A DNA stretch of 64,000 nucleotides from Candidatus Parcubacteria bacterium (GTDB lineage Bacteria > Patescibacteriota > Minisyncoccia > Phycocordibacterales > UBA2100). Positions within the stretch are counted from its first letter, which is position 1, and the number at the start of each line of letters is the position of its first letter. The translations under genes and the position numbers were made by a program. The DNA lies in assembly GCA_041168925.1 (NCBI GenBank), contig JBEEJY010000005.1:2957-66956 (forward strand). Reading direction: 5' to 3'. The notes below the pieces were generated by a model that was not told the origin of the DNA, made no database searches, and saw nothing but the letters and a program-made list of their open reading frames with translations. Below are positions 36,411-45,980 of the stretch, piece by piece.

Positions 36411-36532
36411 TTCGACACGAAAATCGAGGTAAAGGAAGCCAATGGGCGGCCGTCTTTCCATACGGGATCATGAAATCTTCATCTCCCCTCGTGCGTAATA
36501 ATAAGGTGGATTAGCAGAGTAAGAATATCGCT

Positions 36533-37207
36533 ATGAAAATATTACTCGTGGAAGACGAACAAAAACTGGCCGATGCCCTGAAACGCGGGCTCGAACACCA
36601 GGGGTATACGGTCGATATCGTTGCGGACGGAAAAAAGGCGTTTACGCGCATCTCGCTGCATCGAAGCGATTATGATGTCGTGATCCTCGATCTCATGCTG
36701 CCCTCGATGGACGGCCTCGAGATCGCGAAGAAAGTGCGCGAGCAAAACGTCACTGTCCCCATCCTCGTGCTCACCGCCCGCGCGGAGACGGACACGAAGG
36801 TCCAACTCCTGCTTGCGGGCGCGGACGATTACCTCGTGAAGCCGTTTTCGTTTGCCGAACTCAACGCCCGTCTGCAGGCACTCTTGCGCCGGCCGAGCGA
36901 GGTCTTGCCGGAGAGTCTCATGATCGGAGACATCGAACTCAACCCCTCGCAGCGGCGCGCTACCCGCGACGGGAAGGAAATACCGCTTACACTGAAAGAA
37001 TTCGGTTTGCTCGAATACTTCATGCGCCACCCGGGTCAAGTCGTCAACCGGGAAGACTTGCTTAATCATCTATGGGATTTCAATTATGTCGGCTTTAGCA
37101 ACGTGGTTGACGTCCATGTCAAAAACCTTCGCAAAAAACTCGATGATACGGATGGCGGGCGGATACTTGAAACGGTTCGGGGAATTGGCTACCGTCTGGC
37201 TGCGTAG
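36533..37207 (+). CDS. OmpR-family two-component response regulator
   Basis: Receiver with the canonical DLMLP Asp and the KPF motif, plus a winged-helix C-terminal domain (RGIGYRL). Confidence 0.9.
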   Translation: MKILLVEDEQKLADALKRGLEHQGYTVDIVADGKKAFTRISLHRSDYDVVILDLMLPSMDGLEIAKKVREQNVTVPILVLTARAETDTKVQLLLAGADDYLVKPFSFAELNARLQALLRRPSEVLPESLMIGDIELNPSQRRATRDGKEIPLTLKEFGLLEYFMRHPGQVVNREDLLNHLWDFNYVGFSNVVDVHVKNLRKKLDDTDGGRILETVRGIGYRLAA

Positions 37208-38270
37208 GTACCACGAAGATCCGTTCTTCCGCACCGAGGTCAACGTGATCGCACTGCAGATCGCCTTCGCGATAGCGATCATCGGATTAATCGGCGCATC
37301 GTTCAGCCTCATCAACCGCGACGTCGCCAACGCGATCCTCGCGGGCATGCAAACGAGCGCCAAGAGCTCGCCCGCAACCTTGAGCGTCAACATCGTCGAA
37401 GAGATCCAAAACATCCGCACGCAGAGCCTCGGCGGCGTCATCTTCGCGGTCGCGTTCATGACCTTGCTCTTCAGCTACCTCATCGCGCGGGTGACGCTCG
37501 CCCCCGCGCGAAGCGCTCTTACGTCGCAAAAGCAATTCATCGGCAATATCGCCCATGAGCTCCGGACCCCGCTTTCCGTCATCAAAACCAACACCGAAGT
37601 CGCGCTCCTCGAGAAAAACGCGGACGCCGAGGTGCGCAAGACGCTTGAGAGCAACGTCGAAGAGCTCGACCGCATCTCGGAGATAATCAACAACCTCCTT
37701 TCCCTCTCCGCGCTCGTGCGGCCGGAGCGCGTCGAATTCGGCGTGGTCGATCTCTCAAAGGTGGTCGACGAGTCGATGGCGAAATTCTCCCGCCTCGCGA
37801 AACGGGGTGAGCAAGAGATCACGGTGCGCAAAAGCCCGGGCACCGACGTATGGGGCAACGGCACGGCGCTGGTGCAGATCGTCGGCAATCTGCTGAAAAA
37901 CGCGATACAGTATTCCCGCCGCGGCGGGCACATCGGCATCACGCTCGAGCAGGCGCCAGAAAATATGGTGCAGCTGACGATCCAGGATTCAGGGATAGGG
38001 ATCGCGCGCCAGGATCTCTTCCGAATTTTCGAGCCTTTCTATCGTGCTGACCCATCGCGCACGCGCGGCCACGGCGGTTCGGGCCTTGGACTCACCATCG
38101 TCTCGGAACTAGTCAAAATGCACCGCGGAAGAATCTCGATCCGAAGCGCCATCGGACGCGGCACGACGGTAACGGTCCTGTTGCCCGGAGTCGACGGACA
38201 TCTTGAGAACAAAGGGACAGAGACAAAAAATACGCTCAATGAGATTCAGGTCGATTTCTCGGCCCGATGA
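37143..38270 (+). CDS. Sensor histidine kinase
   Basis: Two TM helices, an H-box HELRTPLS, then N, G1 and G2 boxes (NLLKNAIQY, DSGIGI, GGSGLGL). Overlaps the regulator gene, so the exact start is uncertain. Confidence 0.8.
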   Translation: MIRMAGGYLKRFGELATVWLRRYHEDPFFRTEVNVIALQIAFAIAIIGLIGASFSLINRDVANAILAGMQTSAKSSPATLSVNIVEEIQNIRTQSLGGVIFAVAFMTLLFSYLIARVTLAPARSALTSQKQFIGNIAHELRTPLSVIKTNTEVALLEKNADAEVRKTLESNVEELDRISEIINNLLSLSALVRPERVEFGVVDLSKVVDESMAKFSRLAKRGEQEITVRKSPGTDVWGNGTALVQIVGNLLKNAIQYSRRGGHIGITLEQAPENMVQLTIQDSGIGIARQDLFRIFEPFYRADPSRTRGHGGSGLGLTIVSELVKMHRGRISIRSAIGRGTTVTVLLPGVDGHLENKGTETKNTLNEIQVDFSAR

Positions 38271-38291
38271 GCGCCGTGCTACAATCGCGCC

Positions 38292-38891
38292 ATGCCCGTC
38301 CGCACGCCGAGGATCCGTACCGCTCTTCTCGCTTCATACGACAAAGACGATGCGCTTGTCCGGCTCGGCACGCTTTTGAGCGAACATGGCTGGACGCTGC
38401 TTGGCTCCTCCGGTACGGCAACCTATCTCGCGGAACACGGCATCAGGTGCCAAGACGTCACCGGAATCGTCGGCGCTCCGATACTCGGACACCGGGTGGT
38501 TACGCTTTCGCGTGAACTTTCGGCCGGACTGCTGGCGACAAACGCGGACGAGGCAGATCTCGCGCGACTTTCGATCCCGTGGATCGATCTTGTGTACGTA
38601 ACCTTCTATCCGCTGGAGCAGACGATCGCGGATCCGGCCTCCACGCCGGAAAACATCCTCGAGAAAACCGATATCGGCGGCCCGACGCTTTTGAGGGCGG
38701 CGGCCAAAGGCCGCCGCATCGCGCTCTCCTCACCCGCGCAGATAGATGAGCTCGAAGCATGGATGAAAAGCGGCGAAGACGCGAATGCCGGTTTCAAACT
38801 GGTCCTCAAATTCGCCGCGGCCGCCGAGCGTAAAGTCGCAGACTACGTAGCTGCCTCCGCCTCGTATTGGGAAAAACAGCTCCAAAAGTAG
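38292..38891 (+). CDS. Standalone MGS-like domain protein resembling the IMP cyclohydrolase half of PurH, with no AICAR transformylase domain
   Basis: 199 aa. TALLASYDKDD...LGSSGTATYLAEHGI...VTGIVGAPILGHRVVTLS...DLVYVTFYPLEQTI...DIGGPTLLRAAAKG parallels the PurH N-terminal motifs. Confidence 0.6.
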   Translation: MPVRTPRIRTALLASYDKDDALVRLGTLLSEHGWTLLGSSGTATYLAEHGIRCQDVTGIVGAPILGHRVVTLSRELSAGLLATNADEADLARLSIPWIDLVYVTFYPLEQTIADPASTPENILEKTDIGGPTLLRAAAKGRRIALSSPAQIDELEAWMKSGEDANAGFKLVLKFAAAAERKVADYVAASASYWEKQLQK

Positions 38892-38892
38892 C

Positions 38893-39624
38893 ATGCCGAA
38901 TACAAAGCACGTTTTCTTCGATCTCGATAATACGCTGACGCCGAGTCGCCAGCCGATGAAGCGCGAACACGGCGAGCTCTTTGCGCGCTTATGCGAACAA
39001 AAGGACGTTGTCGCGGTCTCCGGTCAAGAGCTCAAATCGTTTCATTCCCAGCTTCCCGCTGCGGCGGCAGGGCGATATTACGTCCTCGCGCAGGTCGGCA
39101 ATCACGCCTACGCAAAAGACGGATCGACGCTCTGGGAAGAAAAGCCGAACGCCGAACAAACCGATCTCGTGCTTGCGTTTATCAGGAAATTGCGGCAGGC
39201 TTATCCGCGAGAAATCAGGGATGAAAACGATATCGTCGAGTTGCGCGGCAGCCTCATCGGTTACAGTCTCATCGGGCATCACGAAGACCCTGTGAAAAAG
39301 GCGGCGCTCGATCCGGGAAGCGTCGGGCGCAAGAAAATGCTCGCCGCGTTTGGGGACGACGTGAAGCGGCTCCATGACGCGGGGATCGACGTCACGCCGG
39401 CCGGCACGACGACTATTGAATTCTTCCTGGCGGGCAAAAACAAAGGGTTCAACATCAAACGCCTGCTGGCGCATGAAAGATGGAGAGCCGACGAGTCGCT
39501 CTACATCGGCGACGAGCTCGAACCTGGTCGCAACGATGAATCCGTCATCGGGATAGTACCGACGCATGCGGTGAGAAATCCCGACGAGACTTTTGACTTC
39601 ATCAAGAATAACTTGCTATCCTAG
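38893..39624 (+). CDS. HAD-superfamily hydrolase, subfamily IIB / phosphomannomutase-like
   Basis: Motif I FFDLDNTLT; a C-terminal GD...D motif in YIGDELEPGRND. Confidence 0.6.
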   Translation: MPNTKHVFFDLDNTLTPSRQPMKREHGELFARLCEQKDVVAVSGQELKSFHSQLPAAAAGRYYVLAQVGNHAYAKDGSTLWEEKPNAEQTDLVLAFIRKLRQAYPREIRDENDIVELRGSLIGYSLIGHHEDPVKKAALDPGSVGRKKMLAAFGDDVKRLHDAGIDVTPAGTTTIEFFLAGKNKGFNIKRLLAHERWRADESLYIGDELEPGRNDESVIGIVPTHAVRNPDETFDFIKNNLLS

Positions 39625-39637
39625 TACATTCATTCGC

Positions 39638-40396
39638 ATGAACGCACTCACGATCCGCGATCTTAAAAAGACGTACCGCAACGGCGTCGAGGCGCTGAAA
39701 GGGGTCTCCCTCGACATACCGGAAGGAGATTTCTTCGCTCTTCTCGGGCCCAACGGCGCGGGAAAGACGACCATCATCGGCATCGCGACCGGGCTCGTGA
39801 CGAAAACAGGCGGAGCGGTATCGGTCTTCGGCTATGACATCGACAAACAGCCGGAAAAAGCGAAGACGATGATGGGTCTCGTCGGCCAGGAAATTAATTT
39901 CAATCCGTTCGAAAAACCGCTCGATACGGTCGTTAATCAGGCCGGCTACTATGGCATCCCGCGATCGGTCGCCCTCCCGAGAGCAAAAAAGCTTCTCCAA
40001 GATCTCGGACTCGGCGACAAAATGGAGGAGAGCGGTATGACACTCTCCGGCGGCATGAAGCGCCGCCTCATGATCGCGCGGGCCCTCGTCAACGAACCTC
40101 GGTTTCTCATTCTTGATGAGCCGACGGCCGGAGTCGATGTGGAGCTGCGCCGCGGCATGTGGGAGTATCTGCGCGGACTCACCGCGAAAGGACTGACGAT
40201 ACTTTTAACTACGCACTACCTCGAAGAAGCCGAACAGCTAGCCTCGCACGTCGCCATTATCAACAAGGGTCAAATAGTCGCCAACGGCTCAATGCAGGAT
40301 ATTCTCGCGATGCACACCGACTCCGGCGAAGCGAAGGAGGGCTATCGCGGCAGCAAGCTTGAGGAAGTATTCTTAAACCTCATAAAAGAAAAGTAG
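39638..40396 (+). CDS. ABC transporter ATP-binding protein (ABC-2 type)
   Basis: Walker A GPNGAGKTT, signature LSGGMKRRL, Walker B FLILDEPTAGVD. Confidence 0.85.
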   Translation: MNALTIRDLKKTYRNGVEALKGVSLDIPEGDFFALLGPNGAGKTTIIGIATGLVTKTGGAVSVFGYDIDKQPEKAKTMMGLVGQEINFNPFEKPLDTVVNQAGYYGIPRSVALPRAKKLLQDLGLGDKMEESGMTLSGGMKRRLMIARALVNEPRFLILDEPTAGVDVELRRGMWEYLRGLTAKGLTILLTTHYLEEAEQLASHVAIINKGQIVANGSMQDILAMHTDSGEAKEGYRGSKLEEVFLNLIKEK

Positions 40397-40397
40397 T

Positions 40398-41180
40398 ATG
40401 AACGCTTCGGAGCTCTGGACCGCCTACTATACGATGCTGCGCAAAGACATCGTGCGGCTCTTTCGGATATGGGTGCAAACCTTCCTTCCGAGTGTTATCA
40501 CCTCTTGTCTGTATTTCCTCATTTTCGGCACCGTGCTCGGCAGCCGTATCGGGCAAATGCAAGGCGTGGACTATATGACCTTCGTCGTGCCAGGGCTTGT
40601 GATGCTCGCGATCGTCACCAATGCCTATTCCAACAGCTCGTTCACCTTTTTCCAATCGAAATTTTTCATGCGCTCGATCGATGAAATGCTCGTTTCCCCG
40701 ATGCCGCCGTGGCTCATGATCGGCGGTTTTATCTCGGGCGGCGTCATCCGCGGCGTGCTCGTCGGAGCGCTCGTGCTTCTGATATCGGTTTTCTTCACCG
40801 GCCTGCATCTCTCGATCTGGAATCTCGGAATCATCCTTCTCTTCGCAATCCTGACCGCGCTTGTCTTCGCGCTCGCCGGCCTCGTGAACGGCGTGTATGC
40901 AAAGACGATCGACGGGATCAACATCGTGCCGACCTTTGTCTTGACGCCGATGGTGTATCTCGGCGGCGTGTTTTATTCGATCCATTCGCTGCCGCAAGCG
41001 GCGCAGTACGTGACCTTCGTCAATCCCGTTTTTTACCTCATCAACGGCTTTCGCTACGGTTTCCTCGGTATCGCCGATATTCCGCTTTGGATATGCCTTG
41101 CGGTCCTCCTCGCGATGATCGGAGCGCTCGTCGCGATCAACTGGTACCTGATACGTACCGGTCTTGGATTGAAACAATAA
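40398..41180 (+). CDS. ABC-2 family transporter permease
   Basis: 260 aa with six TM helices. Begins 2 nt after the ATPase stop. Confidence 0.75.
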   Translation: MNASELWTAYYTMLRKDIVRLFRIWVQTFLPSVITSCLYFLIFGTVLGSRIGQMQGVDYMTFVVPGLVMLAIVTNAYSNSSFTFFQSKFFMRSIDEMLVSPMPPWLMIGGFISGGVIRGVLVGALVLLISVFFTGLHLSIWNLGIILLFAILTALVFALAGLVNGVYAKTIDGINIVPTFVLTPMVYLGGVFYSIHSLPQAAQYVTFVNPVFYLINGFRYGFLGIADIPLWICLAVLLAMIGALVAINWYLIRTGLGLKQ

Positions 41181-41187
41181 AACGAAC

Positions 41188-41217
41188 ATCCCGCCGTCTC
41201 GGCGGGATGTTTTCTAT
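41188..41217. terminator. Bidirectional terminator hairpin CATCCCGCCG-TCTC-CGGCGGGATG followed by TTTTCT, between convergent genes
   Basis: Perfect 10-bp stem seen in the sequence. Confidence 0.55.
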
Positions 41218-41226
41218 CGGCGCGGC

Positions 41227-41898
41227 TTATTGCGTTTTGAATGTGTTGCCGATGCCGTACTGGACGTTGCCTGAAGCGTCGACGGATTGCAGCACGTAGT
41301 GATAGGTCGTGTTTGGCTGCAAGCCGCTGATGGTCACATTGCCCTGAGTGTTGAATCCGCTACTGAGTGCGCTTGGCGCACTCGCATAGAGGAAGGGCCA
41401 CGAGGTTCCGTAGAGCACGCTGTTGTTCGCGGGCTCGTTCGTGCTCCAGCTGATGTTCGCGTAGGTGTTGCCGATCGTAGCCGCCGGAAGCGTCAAGACG
41501 GGAGCGAAGAGATCCGCGCCCGAAGGAGAACCCGTCGGAGGCAGGTTGACCGCGCCCTGCAAGAGCTGAATTTTCGCGAGCGTCTGCGGACCGACGCGCC
41601 CGTAGCCAGTAGTCGCGACATCGCCGCTGCAGACGATATCGTACTTGCACTGAAATCGCTGCACTGCGGCGACCGTCAGATCGCCGTAGAAGCCGGTCAC
41701 GAGCCCTTCCGGATAGACCGAAGAGTCCATTGCGAGAAACGTCTGAAGCTCGGAGACGCCGGCATCGTTATCGCCCGGTTCCATCGTAGAGACGATGAGA
41801 GCGCTCGCGACACTGGCACTGATAATGAACGTGGCGATGACGGCCGCAGCAGCGCTGATCATGCCCGTTGTTAGATTGAGTCTATTCTTCATACTCAT
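41227..41898 (-). CDS. Secreted or membrane-anchored protein with a peptidoglycan-binding (PG_binding_1-like) domain and a fibronectin type III-like domain
   Basis: N-terminal TM/signal. DAGVSELQTFLAMD...GFYGDLTVAAVQRFQ is PG-binding-like; ISWSTNEPANNSVLYG...GLQPNTTYHYVLQSVDASGN is FN3-like. Confidence 0.6.
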   Translation of the reverse strand: MSMKNRLNLTTGMISAAAAVIATFIISASVASALIVSTMEPGDNDAGVSELQTFLAMDSSVYPEGLVTGFYGDLTVAAVQRFQCKYDIVCSGDVATTGYGRVGPQTLAKIQLLQGAVNLPPTGSPSGADLFAPVLTLPAATIGNTYANISWSTNEPANNSVLYGTSWPFLYASAPSALSSGFNTQGNVTISGLQPNTTYHYVLQSVDASGNVQYGIGNTFKTQ

Positions 41899-42000
41899 GC
41901 GCTATCGGCTCGTTATGGTAATCGCCGTCTAGCAGTATGAAGACGCGCCGGCGCAGGAAGCGCTTACCGCGGCGCCCATTCTCCTTCATCCGGGATTCAT

Positions 42001-43422
42001 TCAGGAACCCTCGGCTATCTTTTGAGCAATACCGACATAGGCCTCGGGCCGCAGCACTTTCAGCTTCGCTTTGACGTCGTCCGCGATGGAAAGCGCATCG
42101 ATGAATTTCGCGAAATCTTCGAGCGACACTTTCCTGCCCCGCGTGAGCGCTTTCATTTGCTCGTACGGGATCGCCACGCCTGCTTTGCGAAGTACCGTCT
42201 GGATCGCTTCGGCCAAAACCTCCGGATGCGCCTGCAGCGATTCGCGCATCGCTTCCGCATTGACACCGATCTTGTCGAACCCTTGCGTGAGCGATCGATA
42301 TGCGATGAGGGAGTGCGCGAACGCGCTCCCGATCGCCCGCAGCACAGTCGAATCGGAGAGGTCGCGCTGCAAGCGCGAAACCGGGAGCTTGCGCGAGAAA
42401 TGTTCGAAAAGCGCGTTCGCGATGCCAAGATTGCCTTCGGCGTTCTCGAAATCAATCGGGTTCACTTTGTGAGGCATCGCGGACGAGCCTATCTCCCCTT
42501 CTTTCGCGCTCTGAGTCAGCCAGCCGTCAGAAATATAGCGCCAGATATCCTGCGAGAGATCGAGGAGTATCGTATTGACGCGGCGCACATTGTCGAAAAG
42601 CTCGGCGTAGGTATCGTGCGGCTCGATCTGCGTCGTCGTACGGTTGAGCTCGATCGGCACTCGATACCCTTCATTGAGGCGCGCAACGAGATTGTCGGCA
42701 AACTTCGGCCAGTTGATCTCCGGGAGGGCGACAACGTGCGCGTTGTAATTGCCGGTTGCACCTGCGAACTTTACGAGCACGGGACGCGTGACAAGTTGTT
42801 CGAGCTGCCGCGCGAGCCGCTGTTCGAAGACCCGCATCTCCTTGCCGAAGGTCGTCGGGCTCGCGGGCTGCCCGTGCGTGCGCGCAAGCATCGGCGTCGC
42901 GGAGAAACTTCGCGCAAGAGCGTCAAGCGCTCGGCGGACTTCTTCGATGGCCACGAAGACAACAGATTGGACGGCAGACCGCAGCGCGAGACCATAAGCG
43001 ATGCTATTGATGTCTTCTGACGTGAGCGCAAAATGCGTCCACTCCGCGACATCCCGAAGCGACGTGCTTGCGAGTCTCCTCTTGATGAAATACTCGACCG
43101 CTTTGACGTCGTGATTGGTCGCGGGGATGTTTTCGTAGCCCACGCGCTCGATTTTTTTGACTATCTCCGCTTCTTCAAGCGAAATATTCGGCAGTTGGCG
43201 CAGCAGCGTCTTTTCTTCGGCCGTAAGAACGCGCATGCCGACTCCGGGAGCCGCTGATAGCGCGATCAGATATTCGCATTCGACGAGCAATCGCTTGCGC
43301 ATCAGCCCGTATTCGCTGAAATACTCCGAAAGCTCGACCGATCGCGCATGATAGCGGCCGTCGACTGCGCTCACGGCGGTGAGCGCAGTGAGCGGCACGT
43401 TGTTTCTCATGTCATCCGACAT
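42001..43422 (-). CDS. purB: Adenylosuccinate lyase
   Basis: Fumarate-lyase signature region GSSAMPHKVNPIDFENAEG. The N-terminal extension in the ORF track is not used. Confidence 0.85.
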   Translation of the reverse strand: MSDDMRNNVPLTALTAVSAVDGRYHARSVELSEYFSEYGLMRKRLLVECEYLIALSAAPGVGMRVLTAEEKTLLRQLPNISLEEAEIVKKIERVGYENIPATNHDVKAVEYFIKRRLASTSLRDVAEWTHFALTSEDINSIAYGLALRSAVQSVVFVAIEEVRRALDALARSFSATPMLARTHGQPASPTTFGKEMRVFEQRLARQLEQLVTRPVLVKFAGATGNYNAHVVALPEINWPKFADNLVARLNEGYRVPIELNRTTTQIEPHDTYAELFDNVRRVNTILLDLSQDIWRYISDGWLTQSAKEGEIGSSAMPHKVNPIDFENAEGNLGIANALFEHFSRKLPVSRLQRDLSDSTVLRAIGSAFAHSLIAYRSLTQGFDKIGVNAEAMRESLQAHPEVLAEAIQTVLRKAGVAIPYEQMKALTRGRKVSLEDFAKFIDALSIADDVKAKLKVLRPEAYVGIAQKIAEGS

Positions 43423-44347
43423 AGGCTCTGATGTTCTTCTCGATTCGCGCGAGCACGGGCTCTTCGCCGGGCACGAAGCGCCGGTCCGTGATCTGCTCGT
43501 ACATTGTGACATACCGGCGAGACATCTCCTCGATCATATCCGCCGGGGCGTCGGGAAGCGTCGTATCCTTGTACGGATCGCTGTGTTCCTTAAACCACAA
43601 ACGCAGGAATTCTTTGTCGAAGTACTCGGGCTCTTGCCCGGCTGCGATGCGCTCCTCGAAACTCGCGAGCTGCCAATAACGCGAGGAATCCGGCGTGTGA
43701 ATCTCATCGATGAGCACGAGCGCGCCTTTCTCGTCGGTGCCGAATTCGTACTTCGTATCGACAAGAATGAGACCGTTTTTCGCCGCCAGTTCCTGTCCGC
43801 GCAAGAAGAGTCTCGTTGCCGCCGCCTTCACGCTTTCGAACAATTCCCGCGTGATGAGATTCTCCGCGATCATCTGCTCCGGCGTGATGGCGCGATCGTG
43901 TCCTTCTTCTTTTGTCGTCGGATCGAATACCGGCGAAGGGAGCTTCGCGTTTTTCTTAAGCCCGTCCGGCAAGGTGAGATCGCCGAACCGCCGCTCTCCT
44001 TTTTGGTACCTCGTCCAGATCGAGGTGTCGGTAACACCGGTGAGGTATCCGCGCATAACCGCCTCGATTGGCACTGTCTTCATCTTCCTGCCGACCATCA
44101 CGTTCGGATCCGGCACAGCGAGCATGTGATTCGGCACGATGTCTTTTGTCTGCTCAAACCACCAGCCGCTTACCTGATTGAGCACCTGTCCCTTCCACGG
44201 GACGTGGGCGATGATGCGATCGAACGACGAGTGTCGATCCGTCGCAATGAGGAATATCTTGTCGCCCGCGTCGTAGATATCGCGCACCTTGCCGGTTTTC
44301 TTCTTGCCAAGAAAATCAAAGTTCGTTTCTTTCAGCACCTGCGTCAT
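43412..44347 (-). CDS. purC: SAICAR synthetase, long (about 310 aa) form
   Basis: Carries the GKVRDIY and LIDEIHTPDSSRYW motifs. Confidence 0.85.
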   Translation of the reverse strand: MTQVLKETNFDFLGKKKTGKVRDIYDAGDKIFLIATDRHSSFDRIIAHVPWKGQVLNQVSGWWFEQTKDIVPNHMLAVPDPNVMVGRKMKTVPIEAVMRGYLTGVTDTSIWTRYQKGERRFGDLTLPDGLKKNAKLPSPVFDPTTKEEGHDRAITPEQMIAENLITRELFESVKAAATRLFLRGQELAAKNGLILVDTKYEFGTDEKGALVLIDEIHTPDSSRYWQLASFEERIAAGQEPEYFDKEFLRLWFKEHSDPYKDTTLPDAPADMIEEMSRRYVTMYEQITDRRFVPGEEPVLARIEKNIRAYVG

Positions 44348-44353
44348 ACATCG

Positions 44354-45403
44354 CTACTCCCATTGCAATTCGCCGATAAACGCGACCTCTTTCGCGCCGG
44401 GCACGATCGTCCCGATCTCGTACGCTTCCACTCCATTTGTCTTGAGATGCGTGATGGCCTCGTCGGCGAAGCCCTTTCTCACAACCGCAGTCATGCCAAC
44501 ACCCATATTGAAGGTGCGCAGCATATCCGCATCATCGAGTCCCCCGAATTGCTTCAGGGTCTTGAAGATCGGCAGGATCCTGACCTTCGAGAGGTCGACC
44601 GCCGCGGCAAGTGATCGCGGGAGAATGCGATTTAAGTTTTCCTTGACCCCGCCTCCCGTGATGTGCGCCAGTCCCGCAAGTCCGCCGTGTCCGAATAAAT
44701 CCTTGAGCGCCAGGTAATAGGCCCGGTGCGGCGTGAGCAGAGTTTCGATCAACGGTTTTCCCGCTACCGATTCTTTCATTATTTCCGGCGACGATTCGAG
44801 AATCTTCCGCACCAGGGTAAAGCCGCTGGTATGAACTCCGCTCGAGGCAAGGGCGAGAACCGTATCGCCTTCTTGTATCTTCGAGCCATCGATGATGAGC
44901 GATTTCTCGACGACTCCGACGACGCTGGCCGTCAAGACATACGTACCCTCAGGAATGGTGCCGGGCTGCCATGATGTTTCCCCGCCTGTCAGTGTGCATG
45001 CGTTGTTTTTCGCGGCTTCGGCAAAAGCATTCACCATCCGGACAACCGCATCCTTTTCGACTTTGCCGCAAACGATGCAGTCTTGGATTGAAAGCGGCTT
45101 TGCGCCCATGACGATGCAATCGTTCACGAGGTGATTGATGAGATCGTGACACACGGTCTCGTGACTGCCGTGTTGGAACGCGAGGAGTTGCTTGGTGCCC
45201 GGCTCTTCGGTCTTGAGTACAAGCACCGGATGTTTGTATTCCGGAAAATGCCCGTCGTACAAACTCGCGAAGGCGCCGATTTTGTTGAGGACGCGCGGAT
45301 CGCTCGTTTCGAGCGCGCTTGCCATCTCCTCTTTCGTCTCATTCTCCGTATCACGGTCTACCCCGGCGCGCGCATACGCATTTTGTCGCGATCTTATTGA
45401 CAT
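44354..45403 (-). CDS. purM: Phosphoribosylformylglycinamidine cyclo-ligase (AIR synthetase)
   Basis: 349 aa with a PurM N-domain (DGVGTK-like) and a C-domain. Confidence 0.9.
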   Translation of the reverse strand: MSIRSRQNAYARAGVDRDTENETKEEMASALETSDPRVLNKIGAFASLYDGHFPEYKHPVLVLKTEEPGTKQLLAFQHGSHETVCHDLINHLVNDCIVMGAKPLSIQDCIVCGKVEKDAVVRMVNAFAEAAKNNACTLTGGETSWQPGTIPEGTYVLTASVVGVVEKSLIIDGSKIQEGDTVLALASSGVHTSGFTLVRKILESSPEIMKESVAGKPLIETLLTPHRAYYLALKDLFGHGGLAGLAHITGGGVKENLNRILPRSLAAAVDLSKVRILPIFKTLKQFGGLDDADMLRTFNMGVGMTAVVRKGFADEAITHLKTNGVEAYEIGTIVPGAKEVAFIGELQWE

Positions 45404-45449
45404 ATAAGCATATCATGTCCCTGTCGTGCAGGTTTAACTTGCACGACAA

Positions 45450-45980
45450 TCATATGAGGTCGTGGTCTCGCAAGTACCTCGCAAATCCTTTCTCTTGCAA
45501 CTCGACATCTTTTTTCTCAATGTCTTTCGCTATCTTTTCTTTGTACGCGACGACTTTCGCCTTCACAGTTTCATCGCCCGCACCGATTATCTGCGCGGCG
45601 AGTATGCCTGCATTTTTGGCTCCCCCGATGCCGACGGTGGCGACCGGGATGCCCTGCGGCATCTGCACGATCGAAAATAGCGAATCGACGCCCGCCGCAC
45701 CCATTTTGTTAGCCATGAGCGGCACGCCGATAACGGGAAGCGCGGTATGTGCGGCAACAACGCCGGCAAGATGCGCGGCGCCTCCGGCGCCGCAAATGAA
45801 TGCCTTGTACCCCGCTGCTTCGCTTTTCTGCACATACTCGACGACTTGCTCCGGAGTGCGATGCGCTGAAAGCGTATGCACTTCCGAGCCGATGCCGAAT
45901 TCCTCCAGCACCTTGGCCGCCTCCTGCATCACGGGGAGGTCCGAATCGGAGCCCATCAATATGCCGACGAGCGGTTTCAT
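45450..45980 (-). CDS. purE: N5-CAIR mutase / AIR carboxylase catalytic subunit
   Basis: MKPLVGILMGSDSDLPVM...AGGAAHL is the PurE signature. Confidence 0.85.
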   Translation of the reverse strand: MKPLVGILMGSDSDLPVMQEAAKVLEEFGIGSEVHTLSAHRTPEQVVEYVQKSEAAGYKAFICGAGGAAHLAGVVAAHTALPVIGVPLMANKMGAAGVDSLFSIVQMPQGIPVATVGIGGAKNAGILAAQIIGAGDETVKAKVVAYKEKIAKDIEKKDVELQEKGFARYLRDHDLI

